From an uncultured bacterium (GTDB lineage Bacteria > Oederibacteriota > Muellerivitia > Muellerivitales > Muellerivitaceae): a stretch of DNA of 64,000 bases. The stretch covers positions 1,728 through 65,727 of the forward strand of contig CAZUXW010000003.1 of assembly GCA_964624625.1 (NCBI GenBank), read 5' to 3'. Position numbers and translations under genes: made by a program. The notes beneath the pieces were generated by a model. It was not told the DNA's origin. It saw only the letters and a list, made by a program, of their open reading frames with translations, and ran no database searches. Positions 26,824 through 36,975 of this stretch are shown here, piece by piece (position 1 is the stretch's first letter; each line of letters opens with the position of its first letter).

Positions 26824-27783
26824 TTATTTCGATTTTACCCCCTCCATCCGCTTCCAAACCTCCTGGAGGGTTTCCGCGGCTTCGGTGGAAGGCCCCAAAA
26901 CCCAAAAATAAAGCCACACCTGCCTGGCGTTTCCATCCGGATTCCGCGGCTTGGCGACCCACAGGCCCCTTCTTTCCAACCGATCCTTCACTTCTTCCGC
27001 CCTGCCTTCGTCCAATAACATCCGGCCGGTCCCAGCCACGATATCCTTTGAAATCGCGCTCCCCCAACCCCAACCCTTTTTCTTTCCGACCACCACTCCC
27101 TGGACCTTTTGAAGCCGAAGGACGGTTTCCAATCCTACCCCGAATGGAGTGCCGGGGCTTTCAGGGGTTCCGGCGGCGGCTGGCTCAATTTCATAGCTGA
27201 GAACCTTTCCCAAAAGCTTGCCTGGGCCTAAAACCGACTCCACCCCCGCCCAAACAATGGCCGGACTGGGGGCAGGGGCAGCGGGAGTAGGCGGCGGAGC
27301 TTGGCGGGGGGCAGGTTCTTCCCTATTCTCGCTCAAGGGCTTGGCGGTTAAGACCCGCCTCAAAGCCTGGGCCAGGTTCGCCCGCGAACCCTGACCACTT
27401 ATATAGAGGATTCGGAGGGAGGGGTATCCATTGGGGAGAAAATCTTGAACACCCAAGGGTTGAAAACCGTTTTGGGTCATTTCAGCCTCGACTCGGGGGA
27501 CTTCCGACTCCAGCAAAACCACCTCCCCCGACAGGAGGGTGCCCTTCGCCATGGGTCTAAAGAAAAAACGGCTGGTGAGGGCCAACTCAGGCTCCAAGGG
27601 AATTCCTTGAACCGTCACGTTCAGATCGGCCCTGGGAATCTCGACTAGGAATCCCCCCTCCCTTTCCTGTCCAGCGCGTCCCATAATTTTCTCGACTGAA
27701 CTCCACCCGCCTGGGACCGCTTCCGCGGGAGAATTGGAAAAAGCGGCGGCCATTAATAAGAATGAAAAAAACCGGAGATTCAA
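26824..27783 (-). CDS. secreted tandem-domain protein (DUF1259-like, tentative)
   Basis: Signal peptide MNLRFFSFLLMAAAFSNSPAEA. Two related halves separated by a Pro/Ala-rich linker (APRQAPPPTPAAPAPSPA). Confidence 0.4.
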   Translation of the reverse strand: MNLRFFSFLLMAAAFSNSPAEAVPGGWSSVEKIMGRAGQEREGGFLVEIPRADLNVTVQGIPLEPELALTSRFFFRPMAKGTLLSGEVVLLESEVPRVEAEMTQNGFQPLGVQDFLPNGYPSLRILYISGQGSRANLAQALRRVLTAKPLSENREEPAPRQAPPPTPAAPAPSPAIVWAGVESVLGPGKLLGKVLSYEIEPAAAGTPESPGTPFGVGLETVLRLQKVQGVVVGKKKGWGWGSAISKDIVAGTGRMLLDEGRAEEVKDRLERRGLWVAKPRNPDGNARQVWLYFWVLGPSTEAAETLQEVWKRMEGVKSK

Positions 27784-27826
27784 TTAGTCCTCCAAATAAC
27801 GCCGATGATACCTTAACATCGTCCCT

Positions 27827-28978
27827 ATGGACATCAAGAACAGCCGCGATGAATACTCTTGGGCGGGCCTGCTTTACTATTTTCTAAAATTAGGTTCAAC
27901 GATTTTGGGCGGCTCACTGGTATTGGTTCAGCATCTCCAAAAGGATTTAGTATTAAAGCGCCGATGGATTTCCGACCAAGATTATCAAAAAGGGCTTGCC
28001 CTTAGCTTGACGGCTCCTGGCCCCGTGGCTCCCCAATTGGTGGTTTTTATCGGCACGACCAAAAGGGGGACCTGGGGAGGGCTTCTCTGCGGCCTTGTTT
28101 TCCTTCTTCCCTCTTTTTGCCTCAGCCTGGTCTTAGGTCTTTTATACCGGCATTTTGAAAATACGGCCTTTCTACGATCCATCCTGTACGGAATGGGCGG
28201 CACCGTCATCGGTATCCTGGCCAAGTCCACTTTTGATCTTTCCCGGCCCGTTTTCCTCATGCGCTTGCTTTACCGGATTCTTTTCCTGATGGTGGCGGCC
28301 CTGACGGCTTTGACCGGTCAAGTGTCCATTTGGCTCTTTTTGTTAAATGGTTTCATCGCCTGGCTGGTTTTTGCCCCCTCCAAAAGTCCGTCGGGAGTCC
28401 CCAAGGCGCTGGGCCAGCCCTGGGCGGGGGTATTCTTGACGCCCCTTTTAACCCCCTCCCTCCCGGCGCTCTTTCTTTTTTTCGCCAAAGCCAGCTTGCT
28501 GGTTTTTGGAAGCGGCCTAGTGATCCTCCCCTTCCTCCACGGGGAAATGGTCCGGGACCAAGGATGGCTCACGGACCGTCAGTTTTTGGACTCGGTCGCC
28601 GTTGGATTGGTCACGCCCGGCCCCTTCCTGATGGTGGTGGGATTCATGGGATTTCTCATCCGGGGTTGGCAGGGAGCCTTGGCCGCCTTCGGCGGGCTTT
28701 TCCTGCCGGCCTATCTCCTGGTGCTCCTGCTGGCCCCCCTCTTCAAGGACCGTTCCTCCAATCCCGGGCTGGATGCTTTTGTCAAAGGGATAACGGCCGC
28801 GGCACTTGGCGCCGTGGCGGGCATGGTCCTGTGGCTGGGCCTCCAGAACCTAACGGATATTCCCAACCTTCTTCTCGCGGCGGGGGCCCTGGCCATATTA
28901 AGTTTGAGTAAAATTCCGGAAGCCTGGGTGATCCTGGCGGGAGCTCTATTGGGACTCCTGATCCGCTCAACCGCCTGA
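27827..28978 (+). CDS. chrA: chromate transporter (CHR family, two-domain)
   Basis: 383 aa; N-terminus LLYYFLKLGSTILGGSLVLVQHLQKDLV and duplicated domain organisation typical of ChrA. Confidence 0.75.
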   Translation: MDIKNSRDEYSWAGLLYYFLKLGSTILGGSLVLVQHLQKDLVLKRRWISDQDYQKGLALSLTAPGPVAPQLVVFIGTTKRGTWGGLLCGLVFLLPSFCLSLVLGLLYRHFENTAFLRSILYGMGGTVIGILAKSTFDLSRPVFLMRLLYRILFLMVAALTALTGQVSIWLFLLNGFIAWLVFAPSKSPSGVPKALGQPWAGVFLTPLLTPSLPALFLFFAKASLLVFGSGLVILPFLHGEMVRDQGWLTDRQFLDSVAVGLVTPGPFLMVVGFMGFLIRGWQGALAAFGGLFLPAYLLVLLLAPLFKDRSSNPGLDAFVKGITAAALGAVAGMVLWLGLQNLTDIPNLLLAAGALAILSLSKIPEAWVILAGALLGLLIRSTA

Positions 28979-29152
28979 AGGCTTTTGTTTCATTTTTCTT
29001 CCCCCTCCGCCCTCCGGGGCTTATGATTTCCAAGCGGTTCTGGAAGGTTCATCGGAGAAGGAGGCGGTCCAGGGCTGCCATCCCCTCCGGAGGCAAATGC
29101 CCGGACTTCTGAGTCCATTCTTTTCCAAGTCGGTTACGAAAGATTCCTCACC

Positions 29153-30943
29153 ATGGAAATTAAAAACATTTTGGGCGGAAGCGCCCCCAGCCAGATCAAA
29201 AAAGTTTGGGGCGAAGCCACCTCCTTCCTGACGCGATACCAGAAAATTTGGTGGATCGACCTTTCCCTCCTGCTGGGGCTCATCGGGTTGATTTTCGGGA
29301 TCCTAACCGTCGCCGGCGAATGGACGGGACAGCACCGTTCCTCCATCGAGATCGACCTTTCCCCCTGGGCCCTCCCTAAATACACCTTCTTCTCCCTCTG
29401 CCGTGGCCTCATGGCCTATCTTCTCTCCTTTATTTTCACCATCGCTTACGGTTACTGGGCCGCCAAGGACAAAATCGCCGAAAAAGTCCTGATCCCCATG
29501 CTGGACATCCTCCAAAGCATCCCCGTCCTCGGTTTTATGCCGGGGTTGATCCTGGCCCTGGCCGCCCTTTTTCCCAACAGCAATATCGGTTTGGAATTGG
29601 CGGCGGTCCTGATGATATTCACGGGCCAGGTTTGGAACATGACTTTCAGTTTTTACCAATCCCTCCGGTCCATTCCCCTTTATCTCCAGGAAGCGGCGGC
29701 GGTCTACCGATTCAATTGGCTCCAAAAAGCCCTGAAACTGGAAATCCCTTTTTCCGCCATGGGTCTCATTTGGAACAGCATGATGAGCATGGCGGGCGGC
29801 TGGTTTTTCCTGACGGTGGTGGAGGCCTTTCGATTGGGCGACAAGGATTTCCGGCTGCCGGGCCTGGGCTCCTACATGAGCGTGGCCAGCGACAAGGGCG
29901 ACAATGTGGCGAGATTTTGGGGTGTGATCGCCATGATCCTCATGATCACTTTCCTGGACCAGTTCCTCTGGCGCCCCTTGGTGGTGTGGGGGCAAAAATT
30001 CCGCGTGGAGGAAGGCGGCAGCGAGGAAGCCATGAGCTCCTGGTTTTTGGATTTTCTCAACCGCTCCCAAATCGTCCAATTGGTTCAGTCCCTTTTTAAA
30101 TCCAAACCTTCCTCGGCCACCCCTGGCGCCGCGCCCCCGGACGAGAACCTTCCCGCGAAACCGAAAAAGGTGGCTTCCCCTTCCAACGCCCGATGGATCA
30201 AACTCGTCTCGATTCTGGCCTTTTCAACCCTGGTGGCCGCCATGGCCTTCGGTGCCTGGAAAATCATCGAGCTCTTCAGCAGGGTCAGCCTGGCCCAATG
30301 GGCCCTCATCCTAGAAGAAGCCCTGGCGACCTTGGGTCGTGTCCTTTTGGCCGTCGGATTCTCCGCTCTCTGGACCGTCCCCGTCGGGCTGGCCATCGGC
30401 TTGTCGCCCCGCCTCTCCCGCCTGGCCCAGCCTTTCGTCCAGGTGGCGGCGTCCTTTCCCGCTCCCATGCTTTTTTCCTATCTGTTAGTCCTCATGAAAT
30501 TGATGGGGATTTCCCTCAATTGGGGCAGCATCGCCCTGATGCTTTTGGGCGCCCAATGGTACATCCTTTTCAACGTCATCGCGGGCGCCATGGCGATTCC
30601 TTCGGATCTATTGGAAGCGGCCCGGATGTACCGCCTCACCGGCTGGCGGCTGTTCACGAAGGTCCACCTGCCTGGTATTTTTCCCTACCTGGTGACGGGA
30701 ATGGTCACGAGCGCCGGGGGCACTTGGAACGCCAGCATCGTGGCCGAATTCGTCACGGATAAGGGGCAAACCCTTACCGCCTTCGGGCTGGGTTCCCAGA
30801 TCAGCATCGCCGCGGCCCAGGCCGATTTCCCCATGCTGGCGGCCAGCGTCGTCGTGATGTCCCTGATGGTCGTCGCATTCAACCGGTTGGTGTGGAAGAG
30901 GCTGTACCGTTTGGCGGAAGAAAAGTATTCTTTAAGCAAGTGA
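29153..30943 (+). CDS. ABC transporter permease, duplicated (two fused NitT/TauT-type transmembrane domains)
   Basis: 596 aa. Two permease modules (~residues 60-290 and ~340-590) joined by a hydrophilic linker (EEGGSEEAMSSW...PAKPKKVASPSNA). Confidence 0.7.
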   Translation: MEIKNILGGSAPSQIKKVWGEATSFLTRYQKIWWIDLSLLLGLIGLIFGILTVAGEWTGQHRSSIEIDLSPWALPKYTFFSLCRGLMAYLLSFIFTIAYGYWAAKDKIAEKVLIPMLDILQSIPVLGFMPGLILALAALFPNSNIGLELAAVLMIFTGQVWNMTFSFYQSLRSIPLYLQEAAAVYRFNWLQKALKLEIPFSAMGLIWNSMMSMAGGWFFLTVVEAFRLGDKDFRLPGLGSYMSVASDKGDNVARFWGVIAMILMITFLDQFLWRPLVVWGQKFRVEEGGSEEAMSSWFLDFLNRSQIVQLVQSLFKSKPSSATPGAAPPDENLPAKPKKVASPSNARWIKLVSILAFSTLVAAMAFGAWKIIELFSRVSLAQWALILEEALATLGRVLLAVGFSALWTVPVGLAIGLSPRLSRLAQPFVQVAASFPAPMLFSYLLVLMKLMGISLNWGSIALMLLGAQWYILFNVIAGAMAIPSDLLEAARMYRLTGWRLFTKVHLPGIFPYLVTGMVTSAGGTWNASIVAEFVTDKGQTLTAFGLGSQISIAAAQADFPMLAASVVVMSLMVVAFNRLVWKRLYRLAEEKYSLSK

Positions 30944-31029
30944 ACCGAAGGTTGCGCCTTCGGAATCAGCATTTTTTGGACGCGCGGCATTAAGAATTCA
31001 GAATCGCCGTTAGTAAAAGGGAGGTTGTC

Positions 31030-32511
31030 ATGGCCGTGGATTCAACCCTGGTTCTGCAAAATCAAAAACTCATCGAGGTGAAAAACGTCACCCAGGAATT
31101 TAACCTTCCCAACGGCAAGTCCTTGAAGGTGCTGGAGAATGTGAGCCTTTGCGTCAACAAACGCGAGGTGGTGGCGCTCCTCGGCCCTTCCGGCTGCGGC
31201 AAATCCACCCTGTTGCGCGTCATGGCTGGTTTGATCACGCCAACCCAAGGCGAGGTCCTTTCTCACGACCAGCCTCTGCATGATCTCAACATCGGGGTCA
31301 GCATCGTGTTCCAAAGTTTCGCCTTGTTTCCCTGGATGACGGTGGCGGAAAACATCCAAACTGCCCTGCAATCCCGCGGCTTCCCTGGTAACGAGATCGA
31401 GGAAAGGGCCCAAAAGGCCATCCAAATGGTGGGCTTGGCTGGTTTTGAGGAGACCTATCCGCGGGAACTGTCCGGCGGCATGAAACAAAGGGTGGGAATC
31501 GCCCGGGCCCTTTCCGTCGACCCGGAGATTTTATTCATGGACGAGCCCTTCAGCCATGTGGACGCCCTGACCGCCGAATCCCTCCGCGCCGAGGTCATCG
31601 ACATCTGGGCGGCCCATGACAAGAATCCTTCCTCGGTCCTGATGGTCAGCCATGACATCCCGGAAGTGGTCTATATGTCCGACCGCATCGTTCTTTTAGG
31701 AGCCCATCCCGGGCATATTTTAAAGATCGTGGAAAATCCCCTGCCCCGTCCCCGGGACTACCGGTCCCCCGATTTCAGCAAGCTGGTGGAACAATTGCAT
31801 GAAATCATCACCGGCCATGAGATTCCCGACGTTCCGGAGCCCATCCTCCAACCCAACGAATTGCCCCCCGCCGAGTCCCTGCCCGACGCCAGGGCCGGGG
31901 AAATCGTCGGTATCCTCGAATACCTGGACGCCCGCGGCGGCAAGGAAGATGTGTTCCGTATCGCCACGGAAACCGAGCGGGAATTCGGCGAGATCCTCAA
32001 GGTCGTCAAGGCGGCGGAGCTTTTGGATTTTGTCGACACGCCCAAGCGCATGGTGGTCCTGACCCCCGACGGCCAGCGTTTTGTGAAGGCCACCTCCCAG
32101 GAAAGGCAGAACATCTGGAAGGAGCAATTGCTGAAGCTGAGGATCTTCAAACAGGTGAATGACATGCTCGCCAAACACCCCCGCATGAAATTGGACGCGG
32201 ACCTGGCCCAGGAAATCATCATCTTCAATTTACCGTCGGAAAATTTCGAGAGGACCTTCGACACCTTCACCCATTGGGCCAGGTTCGGGAACCTTTTCGC
32301 CTACGATGAGGACACCAAGAAAATATTTTATCCCCGCAAACGCCAATATAAACCCAAGCCCAAACCGGAGATGAAAGCGGACGGATCGGTGGCGGTTTCA
32401 GAGGAACATACTCCTTCCGAATCAAACGCCCCCCTTGGGGCCCCTGTTTCCGCTGCCGGACCCTCGAAAGATGAGCCTCCGCCGCCGGAAACAACGGCCC
32501 CGAAATCCTGA
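31030..32511 (+). CDS. ABC transporter ATP-binding protein (NitT/TauT-like) with a ~230-aa C-terminal extension
   Basis: Walker [10 protein letters not shown], signature [15 protein letters not shown], Walker [13 protein letters not shown]. Extra C-terminal domain ending in a Pro/Lys-rich tail. Confidence 0.8.
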   Translation: MAVDSTLVLQNQKLIEVKNVTQEFNLPNGKSLKVLENVSLCVNKREVVALLGPSGCGKSTLLRVMAGLITPTQGEVLSHDQPLHDLNIGVSIVFQSFALFPWMTVAENIQTALQSRGFPGNEIEERAQKAIQMVGLAGFEETYPRELSGGMKQRVGIARALSVDPEILFMDEPFSHVDALTAESLRAEVIDIWAAHDKNPSSVLMVSHDIPEVVYMSDRIVLLGAHPGHILKIVENPLPRPRDYRSPDFSKLVEQLHEIITGHEIPDVPEPILQPNELPPAESLPDARAGEIVGILEYLDARGGKEDVFRIATETEREFGEILKVVKAAELLDFVDTPKRMVVLTPDGQRFVKATSQERQNIWKEQLLKLRIFKQVNDMLAKHPRMKLDADLAQEIIIFNLPSENFERTFDTFTHWARFGNLFAYDEDTKKIFYPRKRQYKPKPKPEMKADGSVAVSEEHTPSESNAPLGAPVSAAGPSKDEPPPPETTAPKS

Positions 32512-32685
32512 TTACACCGGACTTCTATTCCCTTCATCCTTGAGGGGCGTTGGAGGAGGCCCGCCGCGTTTTTTTATTTCGCGGTTTTCCTTCTTTTCTT
32601 CGGCGGAAGCCGGAAGGCGGTCAGCGGAAAGGGGCCTTTAGTGGTAAACTAACGGCGCTTCACCCACCAAACTTAAAGGGGACTT

Positions 32686-33351
32686 ATGGAATTCCTGCAC
32701 CATGCCGTCACCGTGATCCTTCATTTAAACCAGTACCTTCCCGAGATGGTTCAATCCTACGGCACCCTGATCTACGTCGTTTTGTTCGCCGTCATCTTTT
32801 GCGAGACAGGCCTGGTGGTCACGCCCATCCTCCCGGGCGATTCCCTCTTATTTACGGTCGGGGCCCTTTGTGCCACCGCCAAGTTGAACATCGGTTTTTC
32901 CTACCTTTTACTCACGGCCGCGGCCCTCCTGGGGGACCACAGCAATTATTGGATCGGCCGTTTTTTTGGCCCCAATGTTTTCGGAAGGCTGCTCAACCGT
33001 AAATACCTGGATAAAACCCATGAGATTTACGAACAACACGGGGTCCAGACCCTCATCCTGTTCCAGTTCGCGCCGATCTTCCGCACCTTCGCCCCCTTCG
33101 TGGCGGGCGTGGGCAAAATGACCTACGGAAAATTTACCCGCTACAACCTGACAGGGGTCCTCTTGTGGACCACCATTTGCATTTTTTCAGGGTTTTTCTT
33201 TGGAAACTTAGAAGTCGTGCAGAAGAATTTCGAACTGGTCATCCTGGGAATCGTGGCGGTTTCGCTGATCCCCACCTTTATCCAGGTGATTAAATTCTTC
33301 CTGGGACCCAAAAACAAAAAGCCTTCTACCGGCAAAACCCGGAAAAATTAA
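32686..33351 (+). CDS. DedA-family membrane protein
   Basis: 221 aa; ...FCETGLVVTPILPGDSLLF..G motif typical of the DedA/SNARE-associated family. Confidence 0.75.
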   Translation: MEFLHHAVTVILHLNQYLPEMVQSYGTLIYVVLFAVIFCETGLVVTPILPGDSLLFTVGALCATAKLNIGFSYLLLTAAALLGDHSNYWIGRFFGPNVFGRLLNRKYLDKTHEIYEQHGVQTLILFQFAPIFRTFAPFVAGVGKMTYGKFTRYNLTGVLLWTTICIFSGFFFGNLEVVQKNFELVILGIVAVSLIPTFIQVIKFFLGPKNKKPSTGKTRKN

Positions 33352-35232
33352 CTACTTCACTTCAACCCTGTAGACGGGAATGGTTTTTTTCGCCCATTTC
33401 ATCTCGAAATCCAATTTTTGCGCAGGCAATCGATTTTCTCCCAGGAAATTTTTAACTTCCGCGTCATCGGCCACGCTTTGGGTGAAGCCGATCTGCCCGG
33501 CGTTGGAGGTGGATTGGATTTTGGCGCTTAGATTCACGGTGTTCCCGAAATAATCGATGTTGCTGTTCAGGTTCACCGCCAGGCAGGAGCCGCTGTTTAA
33601 GGTGACCCGGAGCCTCAGGCGCGTTTCGGGGTTATGGCCGTTGAAATACTTCTGCATCTCCACCGCCGCCTTCATGGCGTCCAGGGGATGGGCAAAGGCC
33701 GCCATGACCGCGTCGCCGATGGTCTTCACCACCGCCCCATCGTGCTTGACGATGGACTCGTAGGCCTTCAGGAAATGCTGGCGCACCTCGGCGAAAGCGA
33801 CCGTATCCCCTTCCAGCTCGTAAAACTGGGTGGAACCCACCAGGTCCGTGAAAAGGATGGTTTGGACCCCCACTTCCAATTTGATGTCGGCGGACAGGGC
33901 CTGCTCCGAGAAGAGATCCCGAAATCCCTGGAACGAGAATAAATCCACCGGCCGCAAGGTGTCCTGGTCCGTTTTATTTTCTTCCAAAATAAAGGTGCGC
34001 GCTTCGGCCGAGGTGTTCTGGAGAACGACCGTTGGAAAATGGACGCTCTGGAAATTTTCCTGGGCCGCGATATCCTTCCACAAGACCTGGTTCCCCGCGA
34101 CATCATCGGTAATATCCAGCAGGTTATAGACTTCCTTCCCCTGGATCCTCAGGCGGTACCGGCCTTGGCTGAGCAGGGTTCCCAGGGACAATTCGTCCTT
34201 GGGCCTTATGGTTTTTTGCATCTTGATATGGGGCTTGGTGCCCGGCTCCGCGGCGCAAAAAAGTTTCTTCTCGATCGGCCGGATGGAGGGGTTCACGTGA
34301 AAGGTGACTTCCAACACGTTGAAGGAAGTGGCGTCAAAATCGATCTTGCAAACCTCGCAGTTCCCTCTTTTCGGCAGGTCTCCCAGGTTTCTCATCTCGT
34401 TGCGCACGCCCCGGCAATGGGGGCAAAGCACGTCCCAGGTTAAATTGAACAAACCCAGGCGGGTGGCCGTGAGGAAGGCCAGCAATAGCTCCTTTTCCCG
34501 GACATTCCATTCCCGGGCCAAGGGCTTCACCCGGATCCGGTAAAGGGTGTCGTCGGAAGCCGTTTCCACGTAGCGGACCATCTGGTCGGCCAGGGCCGGC
34601 AAGATTCCCGCCTTCACCAAGTCCTGCCTAATCCGATTCAACTTTTCCTTGACCGCGGGTGAAAACTTAAAGGCGGGCCCCACCGGGATGGGTGGCGCTT
34701 GCCCTTGGATGGCTTTCACGATCTCCCCCAGCGCCTTGACATAACCCTGCTTGATTTGGATCAGGCCGATATTTATCAGCAGCCGGGCCTTGAGGCCGCG
34801 GGGGATCCAGGATAAATAAACCGTCAGGCGGGTTTGGCCCGGCTTTATTTCCTCAAACAAGTAACGGGCCTTCATGTAATAGGGCAGCCCCTCGCTGTAA
34901 ACCCTGGCGTGGCTGAACTCCCTGCCATATTCCCATTCCCATGGCACTTCTTCCCAGACCATGCGGGTCCCGACATTCATGGCGAAACCTTGCAGGCGCC
35001 CGTTCTTCTCCGTGAACTTCATCTCCCCCAGCCCCACCCTTTTATTGAAGGTGGAGAGGTCGGCCAAGTAGGGCCAAAGCTTTTCCGCGGCGACGGGCAG
35101 GTCGAATTTCCAGAAGAAGTGCATGGGTTTGCCCTTGGCGAGCCAGTCGGAGGGCCAAGGATATTTTTCCAGGAACTGGTCGAGGGTCATCCCCTGGTTT
35201 GTTTCGAAACTTTTAGTTGAGGACATCGACAC
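33352..35232 (-). CDS. class III adenylate/guanylate cyclase with a large N-terminal sensory region
   Basis: C-terminal ~190 aa: ILFTDLVGSTQFYE...KTIGDAVMAAF...YFGNTVNLSAKIQS (cyclase homology domain). N-terminal ~430 aa unassigned; includes CPHCRGVRNEMRNLGDLPKRGNCEVCKIDF (CxxC-N16-CxxC). Confidence 0.75.
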   Translation of the reverse strand: MSMSSTKSFETNQGMTLDQFLEKYPWPSDWLAKGKPMHFFWKFDLPVAAEKLWPYLADLSTFNKRVGLGEMKFTEKNGRLQGFAMNVGTRMVWEEVPWEWEYGREFSHARVYSEGLPYYMKARYLFEEIKPGQTRLTVYLSWIPRGLKARLLINIGLIQIKQGYVKALGEIVKAIQGQAPPIPVGPAFKFSPAVKEKLNRIRQDLVKAGILPALADQMVRYVETASDDTLYRIRVKPLAREWNVREKELLLAFLTATRLGLFNLTWDVLCPHCRGVRNEMRNLGDLPKRGNCEVCKIDFDATSFNVLEVTFHVNPSIRPIEKKLFCAAEPGTKPHIKMQKTIRPKDELSLGTLLSQGRYRLRIQGKEVYNLLDITDDVAGNQVLWKDIAAQENFQSVHFPTVVLQNTSAEARTFILEENKTDQDTLRPVDLFSFQGFRDLFSEQALSADIKLEVGVQTILFTDLVGSTQFYELEGDTVAFAEVRQHFLKAYESIVKHDGAVVKTIGDAVMAAFAHPLDAMKAAVEMQKYFNGHNPETRLRLRVTLNSGSCLAVNLNSNIDYFGNTVNLSAKIQSTSNAGQIGFTQSVADDAEVKNFLGENRLPAQKLDFEMKWAKKTIPVYRVEVK

Positions 35233-35302
35233 TCCAGTTTAAACAGAAATGAGCAATTCGAAATTTTAAAGGATCCAATTCCCAACTCCTAATTCCGCAT
35301 TC

Positions 35303-35638
35303 CTAATTGGTTTTCAGCAGTTGGTCGATTTTCGCGGCGCAGATGAAGTCGTTTTCCGACAGCCCCTTGATGGAATGGGTCGAGTAGTGGATCTTGCATT
35401 TTTTATAGCCGACTTCCAGTTCCGGATGGTGGTCTTCCCGGTTGGCGATAAAGGCCACCGCGTTGACGAAAGACATGGTCTCGTGAAAATTTTGGAAGGT
35501 GAAGGTCTTGACGATCTCTCCGCCGATATAGTCCCAACCGGACAATTTCAACAAGTAGGCCTTGATGCCGTTCTCGGCCAGGGGCTGGGTTACCCCCTCG
35601 CAAGGTTTGCATTTTTTTTGGGATAAGTCTTCCGACAC
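35303..35638 (-). CDS. pterin-4-alpha-carbinolamine dehydratase
   Basis: 111 aa; REDHHPELEVGYKKCKIHYSTHSIKGLSENDF matches the PCD/DCoH signature ([DE]HHP...TH...GLS..D). Confidence 0.8.
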   Translation of the reverse strand: MSEDLSQKKCKPCEGVTQPLAENGIKAYLLKLSGWDYIGGEIVKTFTFQNFHETMSFVNAVAFIANREDHHPELEVGYKKCKIHYSTHSIKGLSENDFICAAKIDQLLKTN

Positions 35639-35820
35639 AGGCGCCTCCGGGAAAACAGGATAAGACTTAAGTGTTTCGAAAAGATTAAGTTACAGGAAAA
35701 GCCATTTTACTTCAAATTGAGGGAGGATGATTCCACAGAGGATCGATGAGGCTTCCATTACATCCAATTTTCGGGGAGACTTCCCGCTTTAGCCTGGGAT
35801 GAAACTGAAAGGAAAGGCCT

Positions 35821-36975
35821 TTACCAAGAATCCCGGAGATTGTGGATCATTTCACCCTCGTTATAAACCACTCGAGGGGAAGCTCCCTTGGCCACGATGA
35901 AACTGCGGGTAAAGACCTGCCTTCCGGTCCCGGTCCCGGAGATCCCCACCTCAAATCCGCCCGGAAAGGAACCGTTCGCCGTGGCGTAACGGGGAGAGAC
36001 GACGGGAGGGGCGTCGGCCCAACCAGCCGTATTCGGACTGACGCCATAGCCAAACCCCGTGCTTAAAACGCCAGCTGGTACCTTGGTCAAGCACAAGACC
36101 TGCCCCTCGGGAATCGAGGGATTGGTGATGGAGGTCGCGGCTCCTGCCGTGGTCAAGGTGTAAAAGGTGCCGTTGGTCGGATCGGTTTGGGTCGGGTCCC
36201 AGGCCAAGGTCACCGCGATTCCGGTGCCGGCGTTTCCCGTGGTCGCCAGCCAAGTGACGACGTCCTTCATCAGGTTCGGCCCTCCCAAGGTCGATTTGGA
36301 AAGGTTCAACAATTGGTAATAATCCGCGAATTGGACGCTTTGCCACTCCACCAAACGGTAGGAAGAGGCTCCCTTAATGCTCTTGGGGTTGTTGCTGGTC
36401 AGGTAATAATAATAAAAACGGTAAAGGTCGACGACGATCGTGGCGGGCTTGCTATCCAGGAAGGTGACGGGACAGGCCCCCTTGGTGAAGACCGTCACCG
36501 GCGAGACATAAGTTACGTTATTGATGGTTTGGGCCATGTCATAGGCTCCGAAAAGAAGGCTGTTCCCGAAATTGGAAGCGGCCCCGCCGGCGGCCGTTGA
36601 AAAAGAGGCGAAACTGGAAACGGGTACCGACTGGGTGGTGGGAAGGAGGGTCCCGGCCAGGATGGGATAATTGGATTTCGTGGCCGCCGACATGCCCTGT
36701 GTCACGGCTTGAAGGAAGGCCGTTCCCGAGGCGTCGCCCTCCAGCAAATGCCTCGAGGCGGTGGCCCTCTCATGGATCCGGAGCAAGTTCAAGGAATTCA
36801 GGCTCTCGAGCTGGATATGCATCTCATCCGCGGCCATGCCTTGGGCGCACTTGGAGAAGAGCATGGTCATGGCTGGCGTGATGACTCCAATGATGGCCGT
36901 GACGATCATCAATTCCACCAGGGTCCATCCCCGGGAATTGAGCCCCTTCCGCCTCTCTCCCATGAGGGTCCTCAT
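35821..36975 (-). CDS. pilin-like protein with prepilin-type N-terminal cleavage/methylation domain (384 aa)
   Basis: NSRG|WTLVELMIVTAIIGVITPAMTMLF, with Glu at +5. Its ATG overlaps the upstream gene's stop (ATGA). Confidence 0.7.
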   Translation of the reverse strand: MRTLMGERRKGLNSRGWTLVELMIVTAIIGVITPAMTMLFSKCAQGMAADEMHIQLESLNSLNLLRIHERATASRHLLEGDASGTAFLQAVTQGMSAATKSNYPILAGTLLPTTQSVPVSSFASFSTAAGGAASNFGNSLLFGAYDMAQTINNVTYVSPVTVFTKGACPVTFLDSKPATIVVDLYRFYYYYLTSNNPKSIKGASSYRLVEWQSVQFADYYQLLNLSKSTLGGPNLMKDVVTWLATTGNAGTGIAVTLAWDPTQTDPTNGTFYTLTTAGAATSITNPSIPEGQVLCLTKVPAGVLSTGFGYGVSPNTAGWADAPPVVSPRYATANGSFPGGFEVGISGTGTGRQVFTRSFIVAKGASPRVVYNEGEMIHNLRDSW

